A stretch of 63,942 bases of DNA, filler included, from Pelomyxa schiedti (GCA_020536535.1; 11 parts of 11 records of this genome joined end to end with filler, not necessarily neighbours in it); one strand, 5' to 3'. Positions 37,192-50,496 are shown, counted from the first letter of the whole stretch. Translations and numbers: made by a program. The notes: generated by a model from the letters alone, not told the origin.

Positions 37192-40130
37192 CACCTGACC
37201 CGTGGGCAGAAATAAAAGATTGGGTTTGGGTGTCTACATTTGATCAGGGGAGGGATTACTCATGGACAAATGGGAAGAACTCCAGTGGGGTGTTCCCCTC
37301 ATTCCTTCCCCCAGGGGACTATGAAATGACTGTAGAACTGGAGCTTGACACGCGACTAACCATTCTGTATGAATATGTAAGTATCCGTGCAATAATTTAT
37401 GAACTACTGCTACTCTGCAAGTAAATTCTTAAGTTTTTAGTTCTTGACTACCAAGACTGCATTGCCAACACGTCAATCAATTGTGGGAAGAACGAGTACA
37501 ATACTTGTCAAAACTTCCAAAACGGGGTATGCGTTGATGGGGAATGTCTGTGCAATGGTGGATACTATTGGTATGACTGCTCTCGTGGGTGCTCTTCATT
37601 CGTCACAATTACGGAACCAAAGTCAACAATAACGAGTGATGCATACGTCGTCAATCCACAAAATGGCAGTACAATGCACTACTTGAGTAAGAATGTCTGC
37701 CGTTGGTTTTTGGACCTACATGGATGGAATAAAGATTTCATAGAGTTTACTTTTACCTTTATTGATGTGGAGGAGGATCCAGTCTCCTTCTTTTATTCAA
37801 ATAGTAAAGGTGAATATGGCAAGCAGTACACACAATTTATCTACGTATCATTTTCTCAAACTAAACGTCAAAGTAATTCCCACCAAGGTGAGTGCAGAAG
37901 ATATCCCAAAGTTCACCATGGATACAACTTATGTTCTTATTCAACTCGAGGCTGATGCCCAGCAGACAGAGCATGGATTTATCTTGACCTATGAAGCTAA
38001 ACGTAAACCCATTCCTCGGTTTGCCATTGGTGTAATCATTGTTGCTGTTGCCTTGGTAGCACTACTAGCCGTCTCTGGCATCTTTGTATCTGCCATTTTC
38101 CTTCTGAAAAAGCGAAGACTGGCTAAATATTTAGCGCGGAACGCTTCCGCAGAACTCATGGATAGGCTCCCTGTAGGGGAAATAGCTGAATTACTGTCGT
38201 CAGCAGAAGCTAAAAGCAAATCAGTCTGGGAACAAGAACACCTGGGAATTGATAAATCGCAGCTCCACTTTGGTCTTGCGGAGAGCGACGCTTGCCCCAT
38301 AATGCAAGCTGTGACCGATAAGATTACACTGAAGAACGCCACTAATCAACGAGTGCAGTTTCGCTTTAGTGTTCCAGATATCCCTGCTTTATGCGACCTC
38401 GATGTTGTTCCGGGAGTTGGCGAGTTGAAACCTCACAAGACTCTTCAAGTGAATGTGCCATTTACTCTGAAATACACCACCCACTTTGAGCACCCAGTAC
38501 GACTTCAGTTTTTAAAACCACATAAGAAGAGCCCTGAAGAAGGCGTAATTTCTACTCTTTGGATCGGGATCCGGGTAGAAGGAGCAGTCTCTGAGAGGAT
38601 CGATCCAGATGAAGTTGTTCTTGATCCCGTTCCTCTCGCTTCTGGTGGATTTGGGTTTGTCTGCACTCAAAAATGATAATCACTCACATATCTCCTCTTC
38701 TATACCTAGCTCTGTTTTCGGTGGCGTTTACCGCTCGCAGATGGTGGCCGTAAAAATCCTTAAACACCAGGAAGCATTCAGAGAGGTTGAAATTGACGAT
38801 TTCAATGAAGAGTGTGAGTTAATGAAAAAACTGAGGCATCCCTATATAGTCAACTTCATTGGGGCGTCACATGTTCCAGGTTTGTTTCCTCAAGGGAAAG
38901 AACCTAACTCTTACTGACTCTCAGGGAAATTGTGTATATGCACTGAACTTATTGAGAAAGGCAGTCTTGGAACCTACCTTGACTCAGATCGGGATATTCC
39001 TTATATACTTATTCTAAAGTTTGCACTTAACTGTGCTGAGGCAATGGCCTATTTACATCAGAATAACGTTCTTTTCCGTAAGTTCATAAATAACCGAGTG
39101 AGGCTGATTGCTGAAAGGTGATCTGAAGTCATCAAACCTTCTTCTTATCTCTACAGCAATCGATTCTCCTGTCAACTGCAAGTTGACTGGTTTCATCAAA
39201 GTGAAACTTATCTCGGACTAACTCTAACCCAGATTTTGGAACAGCAAGGAATGTGGAAAATCTAAGTGCGCCTTAGTTCCTTGTAAAATACAGCTTACCC
39301 GTCACCCAGCACTGGTAAAAAATTATACATGCGGCCTTGGCACGCCTGTGTATATGGCACCAGAATTGTTGACTACCAAGCCCTACAACTTCAAAGTACT
39401 AAGGATCCACTTTTTTCCACAGCACTAAACAGCCACTAGGTTGATGTGTTTAGCTTTGGCATATGTCTGTGGGAGATGTGGATGCGTGACGAGCTTTGGG
39501 CTGACGTACAGTGGTGGGACATACCAAAAAAGGTACTTTTCCTTTTACTTCGGACAACAACTGCTTCCACTTCTAAAGTAATGGATATCTGGTTTGCGGA
39601 AACGTAGACCAGATATCAGTACTACTACAGTTATCAAGCACTAGTACCGTTATTATGTTAACAATACAACTGCACACACTGTTCAACGCGCATATCCTAA
39701 ATATTAACCAATCAATATTCACGCAGGTTTCCGGCGGAGCCAGACCGAAATTCGACACCAGCTGCCCAGCGTCCTATGTACAGATTGCCAAGGACTGCTG
39801 GGAACAGAATCCCGAAGACAGGCCGGACTTCCCCACTGTGGCATCACGCCTGCTGAAGCTCATAGAGGCAATAAGCCCGGAGGTGTCACGGCTCTCGCTG
39901 ACAAGCGGTGCAGAACCAGGAGTGGTCATCACGGACTTGGCCGCCCTGTGCCGCATCGTGTCCACCAAGAAGCACAAGAGCGGCGGCGAATCCAAAGCAC
40001 CAGCCGCGGACTTCCGCAAGGAGAAGGACGTCGAGGACGCGGCCGACGCCACTGGGTTCAAGGAAGCCACCCACAGAGACAAGCAACGGCTCCTGGCCGC
40101 AAGAAAGAAACCCTCAAGGCGCCACCTGTA
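37192..40130 (+). CDS. Receptor-like TKL protein kinase (EGF, CUB, TM helix, Ig/MSP-like juxtamembrane domain, kinase), 5' truncated
   Basis: CVDGECLCNGGYYWYDCS (EGF); CRWF..IEFTFTFIDVE..GFILTYEA (CUB); TM AIGVIIVAVALVALLAV; ASGGFG, VAVK, FRDLKSSNLL, DFG, GTPVYMAPE, CWEQNPEDRPDF. Confidence 0.92.
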
Positions 40131-40227
40131 AATCCGAACTCCCTTCCTCCCCCACGACCAACTTGGGGTTCCTCCAAAATCAATTCCCGTCGCTCGGTCC
40201 ATATTCATCGAACTAGTAAACCAGAAG

Positions 40228-41571
40228 ATGAAAGGTGCCACGTGGTGTACGTTGGTGGGGGCGGTGGTTGTGGTGCTCGCTGTGATGTGCCAGGGCCACC
40301 AGGAGTATGGGGGGTACTACGCAGGGGGCTACGGGGGGTACCCGGCGGGGGGCGCGGGAGGGTACGAGGGCGACAGCGACGCGGTGCTGATGGAGAGCGT
40401 GAAGGCGCTTACATTCACCAAGGGTGCTTATACTACTGGGAGAAGATCGGCCCCAATGCAACAACTCACCGTGAGTGATGGAGGCCTAATGTTTTTTGTT
40501 GGAGTTTTTTTTATTTATTATTATTGATTTATTTATTCACTTGGATTAGTGCAGAAAATCGCCTGGAAGTATGTATGAACCGAGTACAGTGCAATGCCAG
40601 AACGTTGGCTCTGACGGAAGTGGTATGGTGCAAGTACAACTTGTTTGGCTTTTAAGAAACATATCTCTACATGTATCACAGGAATTCAATGGAAGTGTGA
40701 GGCCGATTTAGATACCTCTGTTAAATTTGGTCCTCTCTCAGTGTCTTGTGAAGGGTCCTTTACCCTCTATCTCTTTCACAACAACTTACAGTATATTTAC
40801 AGGTATTCATATCCTGATGACCCCTACATTTTAAAGGGTACTTTGGGTATATTTCTTTTATTCTTCTGATTTAAACACCAAGGTTCTTGTGCTTTGGAAT
40901 ACACCTTGGAAAGCACTTCAGGTGCCTCACATTACGGACAGTATGGCCAGTACAACTACTATGATACAAACAACAGTCAGTCTTTCGTCATTTGACTGTC
41001 TACTCATTCCAACAACAAAAGGCCACAAAGGAAGTGGAAGCATTTGGTGGCTGTTCATTCTGGCATTGATTTGCGCTGTTGTATATATCGGTTACACCAA
41101 GTATGTTCTCTGCTTCCCCTTTCTTTCCTTTTCCTTTCATAACCACGAGAAGTTCCAGGAGAGCAGCTGTGGGTGGCGCTGCGCCTGGGGGCTATCGCGG
41201 TGGCCCCGACGGAGGGTATGGCCCAGGACACGGCGGGTATGGAGATGGATATTCGGGAGCCCCACCCCCCGGCAGCTGCCCGCCTCATAATTACCCCTCC
41301 ACTTCCACAGGCAGGCCAGGATTTTGGACCGGACTTATGGCGTATGTCTCCCCCACCCCATTCCTTCCCACCCCTTCCCACCCCACTCATCACTCACTCT
41401 AAATGATGATTTATCCCCAGCGGCGGACTTCTCAGCAGCTTGATGAGGAGGCCCTCATATCGGACTGCGTCGTGGGGAGGCAGCTCCTACTCCAGCCCAA
41501 CGCACTTTGGAGGCGGCGGAGGCGGAGGTTCCAGGATGGCATCCGGCTTTGGAGGCACGACACGCAGATGA
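40228..41571 (+). CDS. SARAF: SARAF/TMEM66 store-operated calcium entry-associated regulatory factor
   Basis: Signal peptide; VKALTFTKGAYTTGRRSAPMQQL; QWKCEADLD..VSCEGYSYPDDPYILKGSCALEYTL; PGFWTGL; C-terminal ASGFGGTTRR*. Confidence 0.93.
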
Positions 41572-42805
41572 CCCGTCTTGTGTACCCCGCCACCTCCCCA
41601 GAACGGGAGGTACGGTTGAACCTTTCCGTTAACTACGATCTCCTTCGAAGAAGCGGAATGGAAAATTTTCAANNNNNNNNNNNNNNNNNNNNNNNNNNNN
41701 NNNNNNNNNNNNNNNNTTAATTAATTAANNNNNNNNNNNNNNNNNNNNNNNNNNNNNNNNNNNNNNNNNNNNGTCAAACGATTTGCTGGCTGCCACACAA
41801 CCTGCTGGCTGCCACCCCTTGTGTCAGCCCCCACGCCGCGTGCTGGCTGTCAAACGATTTGTTGGCTGGAAGACAACACCCCAGCTGGCTGTATACTGTT
41901 TTAGGGGAAGTCTAATTGAAAGTGATGAGATAAAAAACTCCACGCCGCCGTTCCGCGGGATCCGAACCGATTTGTTACACACTGTGCCAGCAATTGCACA
42001 CTGTCTCAGCCAGGAGGAATGCCGGTAATTGATGCTCCAACAGAAAGAACTTGTTGTTGGAGCAAGAAAACAGAAAGAACTGTTGATGGAGCAAAGAAGT
42101 TCTTACTTGCATGCTTCTCTTCGTTTATTTATATAAAAAATATTCGGCCATGATCAATTTCTCTAACAAACCACTTGGGACAAACAATTGTTTATTTAAT
42201 ACTATTATATAATAGTATTAAACAGTATATATAATAGTTTTAACAGATTCACAGGAAGAGGTATTGCTCTCTGATACTTCATTGATGTTGTACTCCCTTG
42301 TCATCAGGTTTGTTCTTCTTCTTGTGTTACATCCGATCCCATTTCAACACCATAAAGGAAAATTGGGCACTGTGAGGAATCCAAGTGAAATAATACAGTC
42401 AGTGGTGAAGCAAGTGATCAGAAGCTTGCCTTGATGTCGTGAATCGCCGCATGCACTCCCCAGATGCCCTTGCCCAAGTTCAAACACCAGGACCGGTCGA
42501 TCTCATGCTCCTTGCTGTCCATTCGTGCCTTTCCATCCTTGGTGTGTGTATCTCCCACTCCCGATCTTTGCACTGCTAAACCAAAAAAAACACCACCAAA
42601 AAACAGAGAGAGACCGAATTCCGTTCCGTGTGATTGTGTTGTTGCTCCGTTGTTGTGTCGGCAACAGTGCACGAAATTGTGGGTTCAAAGTCGGTGTGAT
42701 CACCGACTTCACCAAAATCCAACATCACGCTTCAAAAACAAATGTGGGGGTGGTTTGGCGGCACAACAACCAAACCACTACCAACGCCGACAAACGAAGT
42801 TGTGG

Positions 42806-42857
42806 GCTACAATGGTGAGATGAAGGATGGTGTGAGGCACGGCCGAGGGTTCTGGAG
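42806..42857 (+). CDS. MORN-repeat fragment at contig end
   Basis: GYNGEMKDGVRHGRGFW. Confidence 0.6.
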
Positions 42858-42957
42858 NNNNNNNNNNNNNNNNNNNNNNNNNNNNNNNNNNNNNNNNNNN
42901 NTTAATTAATTAANNNNNNNNNNNNNNNNNNNNNNNNNNNNNNNNNNNNNNNNNNNN

Positions 42958-44227
42958 GATCAATTGGAAACCTCCTCAGTGGACCTGCCTGGATATTTGT
43001 TGAATCCCACAGCTGGTACTCCTCTTTCAGTGACACACAGAACATGGTTTCATCCAGCTGTGACAACCTTAGTGCATTCTCGCAGATGAGTGTGTTCCAG
43101 GAGGCAGTGCCCTCTTCCCTGACAATCACTTTTCTGTGGCCATCTATAATCAGCACAATTAACAACCTCTTGCCACTGTGTTTCTCATCGTCGAATACAA
43201 GCACGTTTTGAAAGAATGCGGAATCACCAGGTCTTCTGGGTGCCCATGAAGTCTCACTCAGAACTCTGGCAAATCCAGTCAAGAAGGACACCGCGAGATC
43301 AACAACAACCATGGTTAAATCATCCTCCACCATCACTGCCTCGTCTTCATTGCTCTGGTTGAAGAACACTGATAACAGGGAGCTGTGAGTCAGGGCACTC
43401 GCTCTTTCTGCTCTCTGTGGAGTCTCTGTGATCCTCTTTCCAGACCAGTCAGAGAGCCTGATCAATTTGAAGCCTTGCAATCCAACGCAACTGTGCACCG
43501 CCCACTTGCTGTTTGCAGAGCCTGCATCAAATCCCCAGGTGTCCTGGTGAATCAGGACGTCATTGGCTTTGCTGCTCCCCTCACCAACCTCTGTCCCCAG
43601 AGAAGGCAAACGCAGCCTCAACCAAAAGCAAGTCCCTCCAGAGAGTGGAGTCACCTTCTCAAACACACCCGGCCCAATCATTCCCTTCCTCCTCGCCCTA
43701 TGTGGCTCAGATGCTGTGATTCTGCTTTGTTCTGCCTCGCTGTTGCTCTCGTGTGTGCTGGTTTCCGGTATCTTGGTGACTGGCACAACAGCAACCTTGT
43801 GAGCAAGCACTTTATTGTGATCCCACTCGATGACAGAGACTGGTGATGACGATGGTCGCCATGGCCAACAACTTGGGCAACAGATACTGCCCAACAAAGT
43901 GGACACACAAAACGACGTGAGGGTGTTGTGGTGGCAATTTCTGGCTGACACAACAACACCAAAGGTCGATGTCGCCACTGTGGTAGTGGTAGTTAGGAAA
44001 TCCCACAATTGCACAAGAAGCGCGGGCTGGGAGGTCATGAGGCTCGCGGGGCTGTGTGCGCCACAACGGTGGTGGGATGACGTTGCCAACGCGACGAACT
44101 GGTCACGTGCACTCAGATGAACAACAATTGTGGGTTGTCCTTGCCGCGCCGTTGAACTGTGTGACATCTTCGGTGACTCACAATCTAGATTCATTTTGAT
44201 CAGTTCCACACTGTGGGCTACATGCAC
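42958..44227 (-). CDS. Intronless orphan-family protein (HxRCG family), 3' truncated
   Basis: ARDQFVALATSSHHRCGAHSPA; NQSNEDEAV; LSQLDETMFCVS. Confidence 0.75.
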
Positions 44228-44389
44228 AGCAACACACGGTATTTAACAGCCAGCTGTCAGTGTTGTTCCTTCGAGACACTCCTCTGCTGCCGTTGTTGAA
44301 AGTGTGGACTATGGCGGTGATACAGATAACACACCCTGTGGGAAGTACCAATAGAAATGAAGTGGGAATTTTGTTGAGGTGGTTCAATG

Positions 44390-45515
44390 TCAGGGTGTGT
44401 AAATTGATTTCTGCTCAGCCTTGCCATTTACAAAGCTGGAAATTGAGACTGCAGAATGTGGAGGGATGCCAGTGAGGAACAGAACAAGTGCCCCTGTTGA
44501 AGGCTCTGTCACATGTATCTCTGTGCCCTCCTCTGTTTGGTGGTGGTGGAATAAAAGCCCATTCTCTGCTGTAACAAGGTGTCGTTCAACACAACCAACA
44601 ATTGGGATCGTCCTCAGAGGAGTTGCTGGGTTATTTGCGTCCCGCAGCTGGTACTCCTCAATAAGTGAGACACAGAACATTGTGTCATTCAGCTGCGACA
44701 ATCCCAGTGCTTCTGTGCAGAGAAGTGCATCCTGGTTGCAGAAGGAACTGCCCTCTTCCCTCACAAACACATCTGTCGTGAGCAAAACAATTAAGAACCT
44801 CTTGCCAGCGTGTTTCACATTGTTGAAGACAAGCACAGATTCAAGTGATGAGTACATGTTGGGTTTGCTGGATCCCCAAGAAGTCTCACTTAGTACTCTG
44901 GCAACTCCAGAAGAGAATGACTCCGCGAGATTAACCACAACCATTGTGAAGCCCTTGACAACTACCACTGCCTCGTCATCATTGCTCTTGTTGAAGAAGA
45001 AAGAGATCAGTGAGTCGCAACTCAGTGCACTTGGTCCTTCCACACTGTCAAGACTCAGTGGAATCCTCTTTCCAGAGCGGTCAGAGAGCCTCACCAATCT
45101 GAAACCACTCAGTCCCACGCAACTGTGAACAATCCACTTGACATTTGAAGCACCCACACCATGCACCAACTCCTCATGAATCAGGAAATCAGTGCAGTTG
45201 TTGCTGTCTTGTTCACCAATGAGAGCTGATGGTGATGGCAGTGGAGGCAACTTCAACCACAAAGAAGACTCGCCAGAGCAGGAAAACAACCTCTCACACA
45301 CCACCAGTCTCCTTCTCCTTTGTTCTGGATTGTTGCTGTTTTCAGTTGTGCCGTTCTGACTGTTGACGGTGATTGGAACGACAGACATGGCCCTGTATGA
45401 AAACAACTCATGGTGATTCCACTCATAGGAAGACGGTGAAGGAACGGAGCAGCCGTCAGATGGGAAACAACAGACACTGCCCAACAAGCTGGACACACAG
45501 AACGACGTGAGGGTG
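44390..45515 (-). CDS. Tandem paralog of the same orphan family, 5' truncated
   Basis: Colinear similarity to 42958-44227 (LVRLSDRSGKRI, NKSNDDEAV, ARVLSETSW, LSQLNDTMFCVS). Confidence 0.75.
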
Positions 45516-46395
45516 NNNNNNNNNNNNNNNNNNNNNNNNNNNNNNNNNNNNNNNNNNNNTTAATTAATTAANNNNNNNNNNNNNNNNNNNNNNNNNNNNN
45601 NNNNNNNNNNNNNNNTTCTAAGTACGGTTCTAATCACGGATGGATTTCTGGGAAAACTACCGCGAATCTGTTGGGACCCTGAGGGAGATTCAGGCGACAC
45701 CTAGAACTGATTCTAGCGCCTTTATAAGCGGGAACAACACCATCGTAGATATTCCAAGCAGAAAGCTAAAGGAATAAACAATAAACTCCTTTTGTATTCG
45801 GGCTTCTTTCTCCCTTACTACACAAGTAAAACAACAACCATCAACACCCCAGCACACCTCACAGTGTGGTGGTCACTATCCAAACCCAATCTACCTCGGC
45901 ACATCGATACAATGATGTTTTTGCGAAACACATTTTTTGTGAGGCGCGGTGACACGGACTTTATTTCTTAGCAACTCTGCGGACAGGCTCCTCAGAGGGT
46001 TGGCTCTTGTTGGTTTGTTTGAGTTCGCCACTGGTTGTTGACCCTGTCGTGTCGGTGGTCGAGTCGGAAGAGGACGTGTCCGCTTTGCCTTGTTGTGCTC
46101 CCATATCCAACCTTTTTGTATATTAGTCATTAGCAATGAAAGGAGACACCGAAATGGTTCGAGGTACTTGTTGCTTTTTTTTGGAGCTCCCAGGTGCAGG
46201 TAAATTGTGTTAATCTTTCGAAAACATCAACAACCAAAACAAGCTCTGGGGGTATGTGCGATTCTGGGAAGAAGACGGGCACAGCCCCACCTTCAGTAAG
46301 GCGTGGTTACTATTGTGGTCTTAGAAGAACCTCATGGCACAAAGAACACGTGAACGTTACAAAATAGTACAAACAAGTGGTTTGGGTTGTGGGGA

Positions 46396-46685
46396 TTAGG
46401 GGCACTTGTGGTGTGAAATGGCGGGACCAGATTCGTTGTATTCCTCCTTGCTTATCCACAGTGGCTTAAAGGTGCTGAGAGAGGCAAGTATCGACCCTCC
46501 AATCCACACAGAGTACTTGCGCTCAGGTGGTGCTATGATGTGTATCTTGGTACCATCTGGTGCGAGGGTTGTAATCTCCTTATGCATCCTCTTAACGATC
46601 CCTGGGAGCAAGGATGTGCCACCGGTCAAAACGATGTTGGAGTATGCACGCTGCCTGAGATCAACATTACACGCAGCGATTGAGT
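46396..46685 (-). CDS. Divergent actin / actin-like protein, C-terminal part
   Basis: [49 protein letters not shown]. Confidence 0.92.
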
Positions 46686-46785
46686 NNNNNNNNNNNNNNN
46701 NNNNNNNNNNNNNNNNNNNNNNNNNNNNNTTAATTAATTAANNNNNNNNNNNNNNNNNNNNNNNNNNNNNNNNNNNNNNNNNNNN

Positions 46786-47063
46786 TCTTTGTCCCTTCAC
46801 CGTGCTCCTTTCCTCCCACCCACTGGCCTGTCACCATTTGCCCACAGCCTCACTCCCCTACCGTGAGACACATCACCCTTCCACTCCCCAATGTAGCTCC
46901 CACCCCTGTGGCTGTTGTCACCAAACAGCATCCTCCCAGTGCCACTTGAAACCCCGTGATCAAACTGGCCATGGTAGATGTCGCCCGATCCATCAAGTGA
47001 CCTCCACGTCCCTTGGCCACGCCACTTGTCCCTGTACCACTCACCCTCATACACCGTCACCAT
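46786..47063 (-). CDS. MORN-repeat protein fragment
   Basis: YEGEWYRDKWRGQG, YHGQFDHGVSSGTG, YIGEWKGDVSHGRG. Confidence 0.85.
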
Positions 47064-48054
47064 TGTGTTGTCATTGAATTAATTGGAATCTGGTATTCAC
47101 GGCATTGAGGCGGACATTTCCGGAAATGTGCAGGCAGGTAGCACGCTCTGCAATTGAGTGGTTAGTGGCGTGGAAATGTGTGGAGAGGATTCGTACAATG
47201 TCCGGCAAAATAGTTAGCCACTATTAACAGCGGAAACAAATCCACCATCTTAAATAATTAAAATCTCTCAGTGCATAGAATCAACTTCAACTCGCAGTGT
47301 TGTCATATGTATTGGAATTAATATATATATATATATATATATTGGATATTGGATATATAATATTAATATTCTTGGTTTGGGTGAATTCCACCACAAAAAA
47401 GTTCATGGTGGTCCGTCACCTGAATTTATATTTCCGGCAGGGAATCCCAGGATGAAGACTATCTCAGAATTATTATTGTCATCAAATCGGACCTATGTTC
47501 AAGTCAACAGAAGCAAAGTCGTGAGAACATAGCCTATCATTGCTAAGCATACATAGCCAATGTGATGAGAGCTCTGAGATATGGCCATCTCGACAGAGTC
47601 GCATTCTAAGCCCGGCACTTTTGTGGAAGTATTTCCGGCATTGCTGCGGAACTTGGATGCATATGCTTCATCTTGCTGTGGGATATTAGAATGTAAACGA
47701 TGAGAATCATCCATACAAGTCATCTGACAAGCATTCATCTCAGCGCGGTAATGCTTGCTATTTATGCAACTTTGAAGCTCGGGAATCTTCAAGCCATGTC
47801 GCTATTTGTTCTCAACCCAGAATTTTGGAGGAAATATTTCCGGCATGGAAGCGGTTGATTCCAGCACACTCGATGCATGCATTTTGTAAACGGGATCAGG
47901 ATATACGACATCTCACAAGCATTCAGAGAAGCCCAGCACTCTGTCTGTGTGGCACACTGACCAGATGCATTTTGTCCCAACCAATTCACCTCCTTACCAC
48001 ATTGTACAAAGTGTCAGTGGGAGTCTGTTGTTGTTTGTTGTTGTGTGGGACAGT

Positions 48055-50169
48055 TTAGTGTTGCAGGCGCTGAATGGCATCAGAGCACGACATCCTTGTG
48101 TTCTTGTCAGGTGACATCATCCCAACCATCACCTCCTTCATGATGATGGTGCTTGTTGTGCCAGTTCTGTGAGGTGGTGGTGGTGATGATGATGTGGAGG
48201 AAGCAGCACCATGACGAGGAGGGATGACGGTGAAGAACGCAAGGGGATCAGGGAACGAGGCAGCAAGCTTGGCTGGTGTGAACGAGGCCATGTTGTTGTT
48301 GAGTGTGCTCCCAATGAACTTGTGTTGTGGCGGCAGGAGTGCATCCCAGAACGTGACCGCCAACGCAAACGAGTCGCACTTGGAATAAGAGAACAGCGTT
48401 GGGCCAGTTGCCCTGAGTGTCCTCAGGAGCGCACTCAGCTCTGGTGGCATCGTGCCTGCGTTCCCCCACAGTTGCATCTCGTACGAGACTGTCACCTCGA
48501 GGTCAGGCTTGAGGCACCTTGTTGCCTCGCCAAAGTCGATGAGAGACAGTGTGTTTGTCGCTGGATCGACCAACAGGTTGTCCTCTTTGATGTCCCTTTG
48601 TTTTTTTTCAAGGCATGTTAAGAGATGCAATGGCAACGAATTGAGGGTGAGAAAACCTGTGAACGACCTTGTTGTTTTCAATGTGGTTCACAGCTTTCAG
48701 TGCCTGTTGGAACAGGTCCGCCATCACATCCCCCAGGGGGGATTCATGAGAAGAAGAGGGAGGGTGAACGAGAGGAAGGGACACCTGGGAATCACGAGGG
48801 CACCAAGTGGATGGATCACATTTGGGTGAGGAGGGATTGAAGAGAGAATCACACACTCGGCCATGTACTTCTGCCTGAGCCTCGTGTGCCTTGGTGTGCT
48901 CTCCCAGTTGAACAGCACTTTCATCACCATGCTGCTTGACTTGTTCGAAGTTGTTCCCGTGGTGGTGGTGGTGGTTCCAACAGAAGGGCCGTTTGAAAAC
49001 AGCACTTTGAATGCAGCAGCACTTGCACCAGTGCCAAGGAGCTTCTCCAATGTCCAGTCTGAAATATCAGCTGGAATCAGTGAAACCATTTGCTCGACAG
49101 TTTTCTGAGAGGTAAAAATGGTTCATCCCTTTCTGAGGAAAAAGATAAAATCATGAACCTTCTCTTTCAGTACTTGATCAGTGAGTGATTGAACTCTCGC
49201 TTGCAGGTTCAGATTTTCCTCTTTCCCTTGTGTGGTTTTCGTGAAGAGTGTGTTACAGATCAGAAAAAAAAGAACAGTTTAGTGGAGTGTGATGAGACAC
49301 ACAGTGCAAAACTTCTGCTTGTGACATTGAATTCTGTGCTGACTTTATCTTTGTTTTTGTTTGTGTGTTTTCCATTGAGACAATCTCAATGTGGGTTTTT
49401 AAAGAGGAGGAAAGAACCTCTCAAAGTTGCACACTCCTCCTCCAACTGTTTGATTCTGAGCTTGTCATTGCCCTTATTGTGTACATTTGCATTTTTAGGT
49501 GTTAAAATGGAACATCCTTACATCCACTTGTTGGTGTGTGCTCTTCAGCAGCCACTGCTCGTATTTGTTGTGCCCACCCATGGCCTTGTCCACTTTGGCC
49601 TGGCTCTCCTTGTTGACTGTGCCACCACGTGCCAAAATCATCTGTGCCACCTCCATGTGCCCACCCATCAGAGCTTCAGCCAGTGGTGTACTTCCAAAAG
49701 GCCCCACCATGCTCACGTCAGTGTCAGGGTGCCCCAGCAGCAGCCTCACTGCCCCTGCATGCCCACCCCTGCTGGCCCAGTACAATGGGTCGCACTTGTT
49801 TGGGTTGACACCAACCACACCCAGCAGTTCCCTCACCACGTCCTCTCTGCCCTTGTTGCATGCACACAACAGTGGCGTCCCACCACCCCCTGGCACATAC
49901 CTGTTGACGTCGGAGTATGGTTGGTGTGGTGGCGGTGGCGACGTCAGCAGCAGGCGGACAACCGCGGCGCTGCCCGCCTCGTGCAGCAGCGTCGTGTGGT
50001 GGTGGATCAGCGTGTCATGTTCATCGTACGTGGCGTTGATGTCGATGGTGGTGGGGGGGTTGCGTGCGAGGATCTCGCGGGTGGCCTCGGCGTCGCCACT
50101 TCGAACAGCCTCCAACAGCTGCTGTGCCTCGATCGCTGCTCGATGTATCGTGTTGTTGCCTGAAGACAT
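48055..50169 (-). CDS. Ankyrin-repeat + coiled-coil + PINK1-like protein kinase; possibly disrupted near 48730-48790
   Basis: TPLLCACNKGREDVVRELL ankyrins; GTGASAA, VMKVLFN, PPHPNVI, VVHRDIKEDNLL, IDFGEA, GNAGTMPPE, YSKCDSFA. Confidence 0.8.
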
Positions 50170-50341
50170 TTTCCTGCTGCAGGTGGTGGTATTGCGGGAA
50201 AAAAACGAACAAAAAGGAGGTGTACCACTGTGCTGAGGTGANNNNNNNNNNNNNNNNNNNNNNNNNNNNNNNNNNNNNNNNNNNNTTAATTAATTAANNN
50301 NNNNNNNNNNNNNNNNNNNNNNNNNNNNNNNNNNNNNNNNN

Positions 50342-50458
50342 TTGTTTGTTTGTTTGTTTGTTTGTTTGTTTGTTTGTTTGTTTGTTTGTTTGTTTGTTTG
50401 TTTGTTTGTTTGTTTGTTTGTTTGTTTGTTTGTTTGTTTGTTTGTTTGTTTGTTTGTT
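50342..50458 (+). repeat. (TTTG)n microsatellite at contig start
   Basis: Roughly 29 tandem TTTG units. Confidence 0.97.
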
Positions 50459-50496
50459 TTGGAAGCGAGGCATTTTTCTTACAAAAAAAAAAAAAA

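Noticed and set aside
47119-47134. 16-bp palindrome ACATTTCCGGAAATGT
   Set aside because: Isolated; no repeated occurrence or context to support function
50346-50460. ORF N-terminus FVCLFVCL... and antisense KQTN repeats
   Set aside because: Translation of a TTTG microsatellite, not real protein
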